Shown here: one piece after another, positions 24,712 through 32,950 of the stretch
How positions within the stretch are numbered: the stretch's first letter is position 1
Layout: each line of letters begins with the position of its first letter
Source of the DNA: Patescibacteria group bacterium
GTDB lineage: Bacteria > Patescibacteriota > Patescibacteriia > 2-12-FULL-60-25
Direction of reading: 5' to 3'
Length of the DNA: 33,450 nucleotides
Assembly: GCA_018817245.1 (NCBI GenBank)
Contig: JAHIUG010000010.1
Span: 1 to 33,450, forward strand
Translations under genes and position numbers: made by a program
Notes under the pieces: generated by a model
Databases searched by the model: none
Told to the model about the DNA's origin: nothing
The model's input: the letters and a program-made list of their open reading frames with translations, nothing else

Positions 24712-24750
24712 GGAAAAGAAAAAATCTTAAAAAATATATTATTTAAGATT
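24712..24750 (-). terminator. AT-rich hairpin terminator, possibly bidirectional
   Basis: AATCTTAAA (24723-24731) pairs with TTTAAGATT (24742-24750) as a perfect 9-bp stem. On the minus strand it is followed by TTTTCTTTTCC. On the plus strand a T7 run follows after 6 nt. Confidence 0.55.
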
Positions 24751-24782
24751 AATGAATTTTTTTGAACATCCATTGCCATAAA

Positions 24783-24812
24783 TTTCTCCTATCGGCAAAT
24801 TCTGCGTAATTG
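24783..24812. repeat. 30-bp perfect direct repeat, copy 1 (TTTCTCCTATCGGCAAATTCTGCGTAATTG)
   Basis: Identical to 25461-25490. Abuts the stop codon of the 24818..25378 gene. Confidence 0.95.
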
Positions 24813-24817
24813 TGTTT

Positions 24818-25378
24818 TTAGGATTTTTGGCGTTCGAAATAGAAACGCCGTGCCAGTCTCTCGTGGCTGCCAAGGTTAGGAATTGTTAAAATTTCAACGC
24901 GCGAGGAGATTTTAAAATTTGATGCGAGTAGCTTGATATCATCCTTACAATCAAAAGGATAAGCATAGACACTTTTTTGAATTTTATAACAGCCGATAGA
25001 TTTTAAAGTATGTTGAAATTTCCGCCGCATATTAGACCTTTCGGAAATATCAAACATTATCAGTCGCCAAAAATGATCCCATTTGTTACCTTTGATTTTC
25101 TTTAATTTTGCCTTTGTATAACGGAAAAAACCCTTTTTAGTTATGTAAATTGGTGAGTGCTCATCCTCTGGGCAATATTCAATAAAACCATTAATTCTCA
25201 TTTCACGAAGCGATTTTTTAATGCGCCAAATTGAATACAGGCCGAGTTTTTTGAAAATCTTATCAGCATTTCTGCCTTGAGCTAAGAAAGCTGCTAAGGT
25301 TAACAGGCTTGAGGTAGCTAGTATCTCAAGTATCGCATCGGTGGCAGTAGCTAGTTTGTCTTTTGTTTTTCTTTTCAT
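24818..25378 (-). CDS. PaaX-like / Cas2-fold winged-helix regulator-like protein (186 aa)
   Basis: An N-terminal wHTH-like region is followed by W-x-LIMFDISERSNMRRKFQHTLKSIGCYKIQKSVYAYP. This matches the PaaX-middle/Cas2-like ferredoxin-fold pattern W..v.fdipe..R..r..L...Gf..lq.SVw. SD AGGAG present. Confidence 0.65.
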   Translation of the reverse strand: MKRKTKDKLATATDAILEILATSSLLTLAAFLAQGRNADKIFKKLGLYSIWRIKKSLREMRINGFIEYCPEDEHSPIYITKKGFFRYTKAKLKKIKGNKWDHFWRLIMFDISERSNMRRKFQHTLKSIGCYKIQKSVYAYPFDCKDDIKLLASNFKISSRVEILTIPNLGSHERLARRFYFERQKS

Positions 25379-25460
25379 ATCTCCTATATATACCGCTGCA
25401 CTATTTTTTGTCCTTTGTCAAGTTTTGCTAACCAAAGGTCAAAATTACGATTGTCATTTT

Positions 25461-25490
25461 TTTCTCCTATCGGCAAATTCTGCGTAATTG
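25461..25490. repeat. 30-bp perfect direct repeat, copy 2
   Basis: Identical to 24783-24812. Lies immediately after the fmt terminator on the minus strand. Confidence 0.95.
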
Positions 25491-25516
25491 AAAAACTCCA
25501 CTGATAATAGGTGGAG
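25491..25516 (-). terminator. rho-independent terminator of fmt
   Basis: The minus strand reads CTCCAC-CTATTATCA-GTGGAG followed by TTTTT. Confidence 0.7.
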
Positions 25517-25559
25517 GATTCGGTGTCAGCGGATTGATTATTTTGTCGGGATAGGTGGT

Positions 25560-26468
25560 TTACTGCCAAGATGAGCAACCGCGCAGAAAGTCAGAGCCTG
25601 ACATTTTAGGTCTGCCTTCTGGCTGAACCGTGACCAATCCGAGCGCGGAATCGTTAGCGCATGCCACACAAGGCATTTGGTTTTGCAAGAAACGCTGTCC
25701 GGGTTTTAGATTTTGGTTAGCGCAAACTCGCGCTCGTAAGATTTTCAAACGTTTTCCATCAAACTCAAACCACGTACCGGGCCATGGATCATAAGCGCGC
25801 ACCAGACGTTCGATCTCCTCCGCAGACTTATTCCAGTCGATTTTCCCCTCTTTGCGTTTTAATGTTTTGCAAGTTGTAGCAAGATCATGATTCTGTTCGA
25901 CTGGCTCGATTCTTCCATTTAGAAAATCTGCGAGCGCGTTTGGAAGTGTGTCCGCGCCAAGTTCGGATAATTTATCGCGCAATGTGCCGCCAGTGTCATG
26001 ATCTTGGATTTCAATTTCCTTAGTGGCTAAAATCGGACCATGGTCGAGGAGCGCATCCATCTTCATAATTGTGACTCCGGTTTTTTTATCTCCCGCAGCA
26101 ATAGCAGCCTGAATTGGAGATGCGCCACGCCAGCGAGGTAACACAGATCCGTGAACATTAACAACGCCGTGTTTTGGAATATCTAAAAACCATTGCGGAA
26201 GAATCTTTCCAAAAGCTACTACAACAAAACAATCGGCCTCCGGTATCCGGTATCCAGTATCCGATTTTAATTTTTCCGGTTGATGGACTGGGATTCCGTG
26301 TTTCTCAGCGCAGATTTTTACAGGAGGGGACACGAGTTCGGAATGACGACCCACAGGTTTATCTGGCTGCGTGATTACGCTCACAACTTCAAAACGCTCA
26401 TCATTGATAAGCGCTTGCAGGCTGGGCACGGCAAAATCCGGCGTCCCGAGGAAAATTATTTTAAACAT
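25560..26468 (-). CDS. fmt: methionyl-tRNA formyltransferase
   Basis: MFKIIFLGTPDFAVPSL..., HGSVLPRWRGASPIQAAI, and a C-terminal Formyl_trans_C-like region. Confidence 0.95.
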   Translation of the reverse strand: MFKIIFLGTPDFAVPSLQALINDERFEVVSVITQPDKPVGRHSELVSPPVKICAEKHGIPVHQPEKLKSDTGYRIPEADCFVVVAFGKILPQWFLDIPKHGVVNVHGSVLPRWRGASPIQAAIAAGDKKTGVTIMKMDALLDHGPILATKEIEIQDHDTGGTLRDKLSELGADTLPNALADFLNGRIEPVEQNHDLATTCKTLKRKEGKIDWNKSAEEIERLVRAYDPWPGTWFEFDGKRLKILRARVCANQNLKPGQRFLQNQMPCVACANDSALGLVTVQPEGRPKMSGSDFLRGCSSWQ

Positions 26469-26469
26469 A

Positions 26470-26952
26470 TTATTCCTGTGCCAATTTAGACCCCCGAGTT
26501 ATTTCTTTTGCTTTGTCGATAAATAAAATTCCGTCCAAATGATCAATTTCGTGTTGCATCACTATCGAACTAAAACCTTTGCAGTCCAAGTCCACGCGTC
26601 TGGCATAACGATTAAGCGCGCGAACAGAAATTTTTTTGTGACGATCTACCAAGCCCCAAACTCCGGGCACGCTCAAGCAACCTTCCTCATTGTCGATCAT
26701 GGATGTCGAACTTTTTATTACTACCGGGTTTATGAAAATCTCAGCACCTTCATCTGTGTTTATTACAATAATTCGCTCGTTGCGTCCGACTTGAGGCGCG
26801 GCTAATCCAACACCGTCCGCTTGTTTCATGGCCTCAATCATTGCATTCAAATAATCCTGAAATTCAGGAGTGTCAATTTTTTCTTGATCTACCTCTTTAG
26901 ATGGTTGGCGCAATGATGGCGCGGGTAGAGTGATGATCTTCAAAGTTTTCAT
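26470..26952 (-). CDS. def: peptide deformylase
   Basis: Three motifs in order: GVGLAAPQVG, EGCLSVPG and QHEIDHLDG. Confidence 0.95.
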   Translation of the reverse strand: MKTLKIITLPAPSLRQPSKEVDQEKIDTPEFQDYLNAMIEAMKQADGVGLAAPQVGRNERIIVINTDEGAEIFINPVVIKSSTSMIDNEEGCLSVPGVWGLVDRHKKISVRALNRYARRVDLDCKGFSSIVMQHEIDHLDGILFIDKAKEITRGSKLAQE

Positions 26953-27076
26953 GTTATGACGAATTACGAATTGTGTTACGCATTTTACAAATAGTTGAAA
27001 AATGAATTATTTGAATTTATTGGTTATTTGTGACCATTCGTAATGTTCGTATTTCATTCGTCTATTCGTAATCTTT

Positions 27077-28834
27077 TTAGCACAAAAATGCGATTGGGTC
27101 AAGGTCAATTATGGCTTTTTTTGCGAAAGGTTCAAGAAAAGCGCGGATTTGTTGTTCTGATGTTTGGTCTGGTGGCAGAATGTGAATCACAAAACGAAGG
27201 TTACGGGTTTTACTGCGAAACAAAACAGGAAACGGGCCTTCGAGCTTCCACCCGTCCGCAAGCGTGTCTGAAAGCTCAGAAAAAAGAATCACCGCGTCTT
27301 TTTCAGTTCCGTCAATCAGAATTTTAATTCGAGTTTTTGCAGGAGGATAAGAGAAAGTTTGGCGCTCTTTAATTTCTTTTTCCCATGCATTTTGCAAACC
27401 CTCAGACGTCAACCACGCGCGAGCTTCTTCTAAAAGTTCTTGCGAACCCTGCACAAGAATTTGCGATTGCGCAACCGAGGCGCTCGCAGCAAGACGTCGC
27501 CACGCGACAACAAGACGCTCACGTTTGCGGATGTCTTCTGAATAACCGCCGATCAATGAGAGATCCGTAATAATTATTAGAGAATTCGGAGTGATTGAAA
27601 GTACGCGTAATTCCGGAAGATCAACAACCCGGATTTTCTCAGTACCAAAATGTTTTTTCACTTCTTGTTCCAACTGCGTTTTTCCCATGCGCGATTTGTT
27701 TAGATCAGCGCTCCCGCATTTTGGACACATGACCTGAATGGAAGATTTTCTGCTGCAGCGACCGCAAATTCCCTGCGTTTCAAAACAAGAAATCGGAAAT
27801 GAACAAAATTCGCACAACGCAGTCCAGCCGCAATCACGACAAACCGAGCGAGATCTGTGGCCGCGGATCGGGTGAATAATAACAATCGGTCGGTTTTCCT
27901 CCAGCGCTTGTTGAATTTGCATCTCGCAATGTGATGAAATATTTTCCACTGGGGATCGCGCTCCATATTGCCAATGATCATAGAAGATTGGTAACTGGTA
28001 TTCGATTGTAGGAAGTCGGAATTCTGTATTTTGGAATTCGGATAGTGGTGGGGTTGTTCCGATTGAAACTACTTTTAAGTCAGGACGTTGTTCAGCTGCT
28101 GTTCGAACGAGCCAGCGCGCGTCAATGCGTGGCTCTGATTCATCTTGTTTAAAATCATCGTTTTCCGGCTCGTCGACTATAATCGAGTCTGCTGCGTGCG
28201 CTAGCCAGGCTCCGATTCTTGTAGCAACGAGAATTCCTTGTTTGCTTTGCACAAATTCAGTCCAACTTTTCCAGGCAGCGCCATCCGCCATATCGGAATG
28301 TAAAACCGAGGATTGCAGTTTTTTTGAAAGTTGATCCGCACGATTTTGCCACGCAGTTAAAATGAGAACACGACCACTCATGTTTCGGACTTGTTCGATA
28401 AGCGTGGATTGACGGTCGAGCACGTAAACAGCTTGTGGCTTGTAGCTTGTAGCTGGTAGCAGATTCAATTGGGTCTTTGTACCCCCATCTTCTTGTTCTT
28501 TTGACTTGATTTTTGCCGGGATCTTTCGCAGCCAGGACTGTAAAGTTGTTGGTTGTGAGCAAAATGAACGAGCGGCCGCATTTTTCAATAACGGGATTAC
28601 TAAATCTGAAAGGTGGAGGAGCGGCTCAGGGTCCTGAAGATCAATAATTCTGTCCGCATAAGCGCTCTCGGTTTTTCGTTCAACTATAAGCGCTGTAATT
28701 TTTCTGTTACGAAAAGGAACGCGAATAAGATCACCAATTCTTAAATCGCTGTGCTCCTCGATTTTGTAATCAAATACATTCACGCCATAAGGCGTGCGAA
28801 TAACAGGAACAACCGAGATATATTTCAGGTCCAT
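27077..28834 (-). CDS. priA: primosomal protein N' (PriA)-like protein with degenerate ATPase motifs
   Basis: N-terminal 3'-DNA-binding-domain-like region (FDYKIEEHSDLRIGDLIRVPFRNRKITALIVE). Cys-rich Zn region CRDCGWTALCEFCSFPISC...CGRCS...CPKCGS. Walker A position reads DGGTKT and motif II reads DEPE instead of DEEH. The ATG at 28834 is preferred and the TTG at 28879 is possible. Confidence 0.75.
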   Translation of the reverse strand: MDLKYISVVPVIRTPYGVNVFDYKIEEHSDLRIGDLIRVPFRNRKITALIVERKTESAYADRIIDLQDPEPLLHLSDLVIPLLKNAAARSFCSQPTTLQSWLRKIPAKIKSKEQEDGGTKTQLNLLPATSYKPQAVYVLDRQSTLIEQVRNMSGRVLILTAWQNRADQLSKKLQSSVLHSDMADGAAWKSWTEFVQSKQGILVATRIGAWLAHAADSIIVDEPENDDFKQDESEPRIDARWLVRTAAEQRPDLKVVSIGTTPPLSEFQNTEFRLPTIEYQLPIFYDHWQYGARSPVENISSHCEMQIQQALEENRPIVIIHPIRGHRSRSVCRDCGWTALCEFCSFPISCFETQGICGRCSRKSSIQVMCPKCGSADLNKSRMGKTQLEQEVKKHFGTEKIRVVDLPELRVLSITPNSLIIITDLSLIGGYSEDIRKRERLVVAWRRLAASASVAQSQILVQGSQELLEEARAWLTSEGLQNAWEKEIKERQTFSYPPAKTRIKILIDGTEKDAVILFSELSDTLADGWKLEGPFPVLFRSKTRNLRFVIHILPPDQTSEQQIRAFLEPFAKKAIIDLDPIAFLC

Positions 28835-28895
28835 GATTCGTTTCTCGTAACTTGGATTGAATCGAGTTATGAGTTTCAAGTTACGCGTTCCAAGC

Positions 28896-29687
28896 TTATG
28901 CGATGTCGAAACGCGTGGTCATATATCCTACACCAAAAGGTGATTCATATGACAAGACTTTTGAATTCACATTCATACCATCCAGCGCTCCCAATAGTGT
29001 GATTATTGGACGATAGCCGCATTGAGCCACTTTTTCCAGAATTTCAGGATCAACAGCTAGAAGTTTGTTTACATCTCGTTCCGCAACAGCCTGTTGAACT
29101 GTTTGGTCAAATTTAGAGCCATCAGCATCAAATCCTGCCGGCGAATCCTGGCTTAGCTTGTGAGATAAATCCGCGCTCGCAACAATGGCAATTCGTCCCG
29201 GTTCAGCGTGAAGGACTTCTTTAAGCTGGCGGCCGAACTCGTAGTGCTCTTTTCCATCCAGAGCTGATGGTGAAATCGGAATCAACTTCCAGTTCGCGAG
29301 CTTAGAAGTTAAAAGCAAAAGTGGCACAGTGTATCCGTAATCCAGCTCCTCATTCGATGTAAGCGTGAAGGGCATTCCCTCATGCCGCAACTTGCGTTGC
29401 AAGTGATCAGTTACAAGATAGTCGCTTTTCACTTCTACTGTTGTGGAAAAATCTCCGAACTTTTTTAAGTTGCCTATATACTTTGCGGCTAGATTCGCGC
29501 TAAACGCATCAGGATAATGAGTCCCATGCGGCGCGATAATGCAAATAGTATCAGGCTTAACCAGATACAGAGCCTGCTCAATTTCCTGGCACGCGGTCAA
29601 AGTTGCAGCGAGTTTTTCGCGATGCTCTTTGCCAACAGATGGGATGAGGAGAGGTGAATGGGGGACGATGGTTGCGAAGACAATCAT
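28896..29687 (-). CDS. class III extradiol dioxygenase subunit B-like (LigB / Memo-like) family protein
   Basis: IVPHSPLLIP, IIAPHG, SADLSH and a C-terminal CGYRPIITLLGAL pattern, typical of the LigB/Memo/AmmeMemoRadiSam-B fold. Confidence 0.65.
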   Translation of the reverse strand: MIVFATIVPHSPLLIPSVGKEHREKLAATLTACQEIEQALYLVKPDTICIIAPHGTHYPDAFSANLAAKYIGNLKKFGDFSTTVEVKSDYLVTDHLQRKLRHEGMPFTLTSNEELDYGYTVPLLLLTSKLANWKLIPISPSALDGKEHYEFGRQLKEVLHAEPGRIAIVASADLSHKLSQDSPAGFDADGSKFDQTVQQAVAERDVNKLLAVDPEILEKVAQCGYRPIITLLGALDGMNVNSKVLSYESPFGVGYMTTRFDIA

Positions 29688-29764
29688 ATGTATTACGAAT
29701 TACGAATTTGATACGAATATTACGAATAGTTGACGAATATGTTATGTGCTACGTGTTACGAGCT
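29688..29764. repeat. ACGAAT oligomer-word spacer (5 copies) plus a GTTATGTGCTACGTGTTACG word
   Basis: ATTACGAATTACGAATTTGATACGAATATTACGAATAGTTGACGAATATG, read directly. It shares GTTGACGAATAT..GTTATGTG with 701-737. Confidence 0.8.
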
Positions 29765-31207
29765 CTAATTGAGAGTTAAAATAGCATCCGGTTCCGGTTC
29801 TTGATTTGTTTGCGGGATGAATGGCTCGCCGATTTTGTGAATCGCAAGAATCTTAACCGGCACCTCAACTATATTTTTCCATTGCCACCCGATTTCTTCA
29901 AATATCTGTTCGGATGGAATGGCGCGTAGCAGGCTGTGTTCCACAACGTACACCGTCGAATCATCTTCCGCCTTCACGAGCTCACCATTATGCAGATGAT
30001 ACAACTGACCGATAGGATAACTTTCAAGCTCGGTCGCGCTCACGATTTTAATTCTGCGGTTGTGAAAATACAAGCTGATGAACACTGGATGAATGAGCGG
30101 CTGCCTCCAACCATCTTCCACATACCATACACCCGGTGAATCTGCGGTCTTCATTAACACGCCTTGCGGGAATGAGGTGTAAATTGTGATTTTGTCGCCG
30201 TCAGGATAAGCGGCCAGATCTTCGAGTTCAACATCTTCCACTTCATCCATATTAAAACCGAATTTGCGGAAAGCTTCCATGGTGGCGATGTGGCGTTTGG
30301 AATCTTCTGTTAGCAAATAGATTTTACCATTCGGATCTTTAAGCAGTGAATATTTTGGAAATTTCATCGACGGACCGTCAGCATAGTTTTGAAGTTCCGC
30401 GTCTGACACAGTAATAATTTTTTTCTCATCAAAAACCAGAGACGACACCACGGCCGCAGAAGCAAACGGGCGTTTTTCACCAAAGCGTATCAAATAGGTT
30501 TGATCGGTCGTGTCGCTGTGTACAACTGTTCCGTCGGGAAATGACACACTGAACCATCGCTTCCAGATTTTCCAAAGATTAATATTTCCGTGGATGTGCG
30601 GAGTGTAGCTGTAAAGCATTGCTGTTGCATGGTTCACTGGCGTTACTCTAACTCCATCAATTATCGCGGTTTTGCCCATTCCTTGTCCGCCGATTGTTAA
30701 ACCGTTTGTTAAGAGCTGCATTAAATATTTTTCGCGATGCTGTTTAGCTGCCCATTCCAACTGCGCGCCAAAACCTCTGAGTTCTTGTAAATCAGGATCA
30801 TCTTTTGAACAACTATCGCAGATTCCATATCCGGTTGCCCAGTCCAGTTGATTTTGTGTTGGTGCCGGATCTTCTACCAACGATTGTTCTTTTTGCAGAA
30901 GCGCGAGTAAATACTTCGGATTCATTTTGTAGGACTGTGAAATCCGCCAAATAATCTCAGATGCAATTTTGAGTTTGCCGTCTGTGTCCACGACTTTCAG
31001 ATTTGCGAGCGTACCCTTTGAACGCAAAAAGTTCACCATGCGATCATAAGGCATGGCCGTGGAGTCAAAAATATCGTTGTCTGAGAGGATATAGTTTGGA
31101 TCAAAAGCCGGATAATCCGCCAAATCAACGGTTATTGCGTTCGCTGGAGGAGCGAGCGAAAATGCCATTGAAATCAATATAAAAAGTGTGATAATACGTT
31201 TTTTCAT
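29765..31207 (-). CDS. secreted protein (480 aa) with an N-terminal putative cell-wall-hydrolase-like domain and four C-terminal ~65-aa repeats
   Basis: Signal peptide MKKRIITLFILISMAFSLAPPANA. The block NPKYLLALLQKEQSL...DWATGYG is present. Repeats are each centred on an aromatic-hydrophobic run followed by charged residues: TYLIRFGEKRPF, IYLLTEDSKRHI, VWYVEDGWRQPL and VYVVEHSLLRAI. Confidence 0.7.
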   Translation of the reverse strand: MKKRIITLFILISMAFSLAPPANAITVDLADYPAFDPNYILSDNDIFDSTAMPYDRMVNFLRSKGTLANLKVVDTDGKLKIASEIIWRISQSYKMNPKYLLALLQKEQSLVEDPAPTQNQLDWATGYGICDSCSKDDPDLQELRGFGAQLEWAAKQHREKYLMQLLTNGLTIGGQGMGKTAIIDGVRVTPVNHATAMLYSYTPHIHGNINLWKIWKRWFSVSFPDGTVVHSDTTDQTYLIRFGEKRPFASAAVVSSLVFDEKKIITVSDAELQNYADGPSMKFPKYSLLKDPNGKIYLLTEDSKRHIATMEAFRKFGFNMDEVEDVELEDLAAYPDGDKITIYTSFPQGVLMKTADSPGVWYVEDGWRQPLIHPVFISLYFHNRRIKIVSATELESYPIGQLYHLHNGELVKAEDDSTVYVVEHSLLRAIPSEQIFEEIGWQWKNIVEVPVKILAIHKIGEPFIPQTNQEPEPDAILTLN

Positions 31208-31287
31208 AATATAGAGGGTATCACATCTGAGTGGATCGTGGAATTTTACAAGTGGTAGGTTTGGTCTACAAATGATAGGATATTCAC

Positions 31288-32862
31288 ATGTTAAAAAGGC
31301 AGAAGTTTCCGTTTTCGGTTTTTATACTGATTTTGCTTTTAAGTACCACTTTTTTTGTTCTTCCATCAATTGGCGGCGTGATTTTTTTAAGTCCGGATGA
31401 AACAGCTGTTGCAGTAGCAGGCCGCTCATTGTCCGAAAACGGTACGTTTCGAGTAACTTCGGATTTGCTAGAAAAATATCCATGGGCTCATCCGCGAAGT
31501 TGGGTAACGCAGAATTCATACATAGTTCCGGTTGGTTTTCTTGGAATGCCGCTTATCGCCTCTGGGCTTTGGAATCTTGCCAGAGAATATGGGCTCGCGC
31601 TCTTCACGCCGCTCCTCGTTCTGTCAGTACTATTTCCACTCTGGGGTTTTACGCGCTCGTTCGGGCGAATAGGACAAATGGCAGCAATAGTTGGATGGAT
31701 GACTTTCCCAACAGTGATTCTTTATGCAAATCGCGGATTGTTCCCGAATTTGGTTGTTGTATGTCTGACAATCTGGGCTGCGTGGTTGGTCCAGCGTCCG
31801 AGGTCCGACATCCGAGGTCCGACGAGCTTAAGAATTATTATAGCTGGCGCGCTGGCTGGTCTGGCGCTTATCATTCGTCCTGTAGAAGCTGTGTGGGTTT
31901 TGCCGTGGATTCTAGTCGCATATTCGACAACTAAAGAACTGAAGAACAAAAGAACTAAAGAACATATTCAGTCCGCGATTTATTTTCTCATTCCGTTATT
32001 GATTGTTTGTGCGATCGGAGCTGGTTTGGCGTGGAAAACTTATGGCTCGCCATTTGCAATCGGTTATCAACTCCGTGATACGGTCACAAGTTCGAATGTC
32101 GAACAAAACTTCCAGCTTCCAACTTCCAGCTTCCAACTTCCAGCTTTACCTTTCGGATTCCATCCGCGCAATGTTTGGTTTAACATTCATTCGTATCTTA
32201 TTGAATATCTCGCGCCGTGGTTTATTTTGGCGGTCGTTGTTCTCACATTAACTTGGGAAGACAAGAGAGCGCGCATCTGGATTTACTTGTCAGCGTGGAC
32301 GCTCGCCATTCTCGCACTGATTTATGGACAAGGCTTATACCAGGATCATGTTCAACCTAATTTTGTATCGCTTGCCAATTCATTTTTGCGCTACATGATT
32401 CCCATTGCTGCGATTGGAGCAATATCCTTAGGATGGTTTGCTGGATATTTGAATAAACGTTTTGCGAAAAAGGGGATTGTGGTCGCTTTAATCATCACAA
32501 TCATATTGGGTGCGTTTGGAATTTGGACTGCGTTTGCCAGAGATGATGAAGGATTGTTGCAAAATCGCGTTGAGTTGGTTCGTTATTATTCGATTCGTTC
32601 GCAAGCACAGGAATGGTTGGATGAAGGAGCGATTATCTTATCTGACCGCAGTGATAAGATTTTCTTTCCAGCGTTTCATGCTGTGTCTCCTATGCCGAAC
32701 GAGGAGCGCGTTAAAGAGCTGAGCGAAACTTCCGGACATGACGTCGCGCTTTTTATTAGAACTTTGGATGAAGAGCGCGCAGAAGTTTGGAAAGACGCCG
32801 ATTTAGAGCTTGTATTGCTTTTCACGTCAGGAAACGAGGGTTTGTATTTAGTACAGAAATAA
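31288..32862 (+). CDS. GT-C fold membrane glycosyltransferase (ArnT/PMT-like) carrying in-frame oligomer-word insertions
   Basis: About 11 TM helices. A first-loop acidic motif SPDET, and a C-terminal soluble domain. Confidence 0.65.
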   Translation: MLKRQKFPFSVFILILLLSTTFFVLPSIGGVIFLSPDETAVAVAGRSLSENGTFRVTSDLLEKYPWAHPRSWVTQNSYIVPVGFLGMPLIASGLWNLAREYGLALFTPLLVLSVLFPLWGFTRSFGRIGQMAAIVGWMTFPTVILYANRGLFPNLVVVCLTIWAAWLVQRPRSDIRGPTSLRIIIAGALAGLALIIRPVEAVWVLPWILVAYSTTKELKNKRTKEHIQSAIYFLIPLLIVCAIGAGLAWKTYGSPFAIGYQLRDTVTSSNVEQNFQLPTSSFQLPALPFGFHPRNVWFNIHSYLIEYLAPWFILAVVVLTLTWEDKRARIWIYLSAWTLAILALIYGQGLYQDHVQPNFVSLANSFLRYMIPIAAIGAISLGWFAGYLNKRFAKKGIVVALIITIILGAFGIWTAFARDDEGLLQNRVELVRYYSIRSQAQEWLDEGAIILSDRSDKIFFPAFHAVSPMPNEERVKELSETSGHDVALFIRTLDEERAEVWKDADLELVLLFTSGNEGLYLVQK

Positions 32863-32864
32863 AA

Positions 32865-32948
32865 GTATACGGTATACAGTATTGGGTATTGAGTATGTGT
32901 AAAACAATACTGAATACTCAATACTCAATACTGAATAATCAATACTAA
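32865..32948. repeat. GTATT/AATAC oligomer-word spacer forming a 20-bp hairpin
   Basis: CAGTATTGGGTATTGAGTAT (32877-32896) is the reverse complement of ATACTCAATACTCAATACTG (32914-32933) with one mismatch. Confidence 0.85.
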
Positions 32949-32950
32949 TA

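Noticed and set aside
24550-24712. Known housekeeping ncRNA (SRP RNA, RNase P RNA, tmRNA, 6S) in the GC-rich gap
   Set aside because: I could not find the conserved cores on either strand: GGAAGCA/GNRA helix 8 for SRP, GAGGAAAGUCC...ACAGAACCCGGCUUA for RNase P, or a tRNA-like 3' end for tmRNA. It is kept only as an unexplained region in the findings.
24818-25378. Cas2-like signature (W..IMFDISE...KIQKSVYAYP) suggesting a CRISPR adaptation gene
   Set aside because: The N-terminal winged-helix region and the overall pattern fit PaaX-like regulators, which share the Cas2 fold. No cas1 and no array are present; the two 30-bp repeats flank a gene, not spacers.
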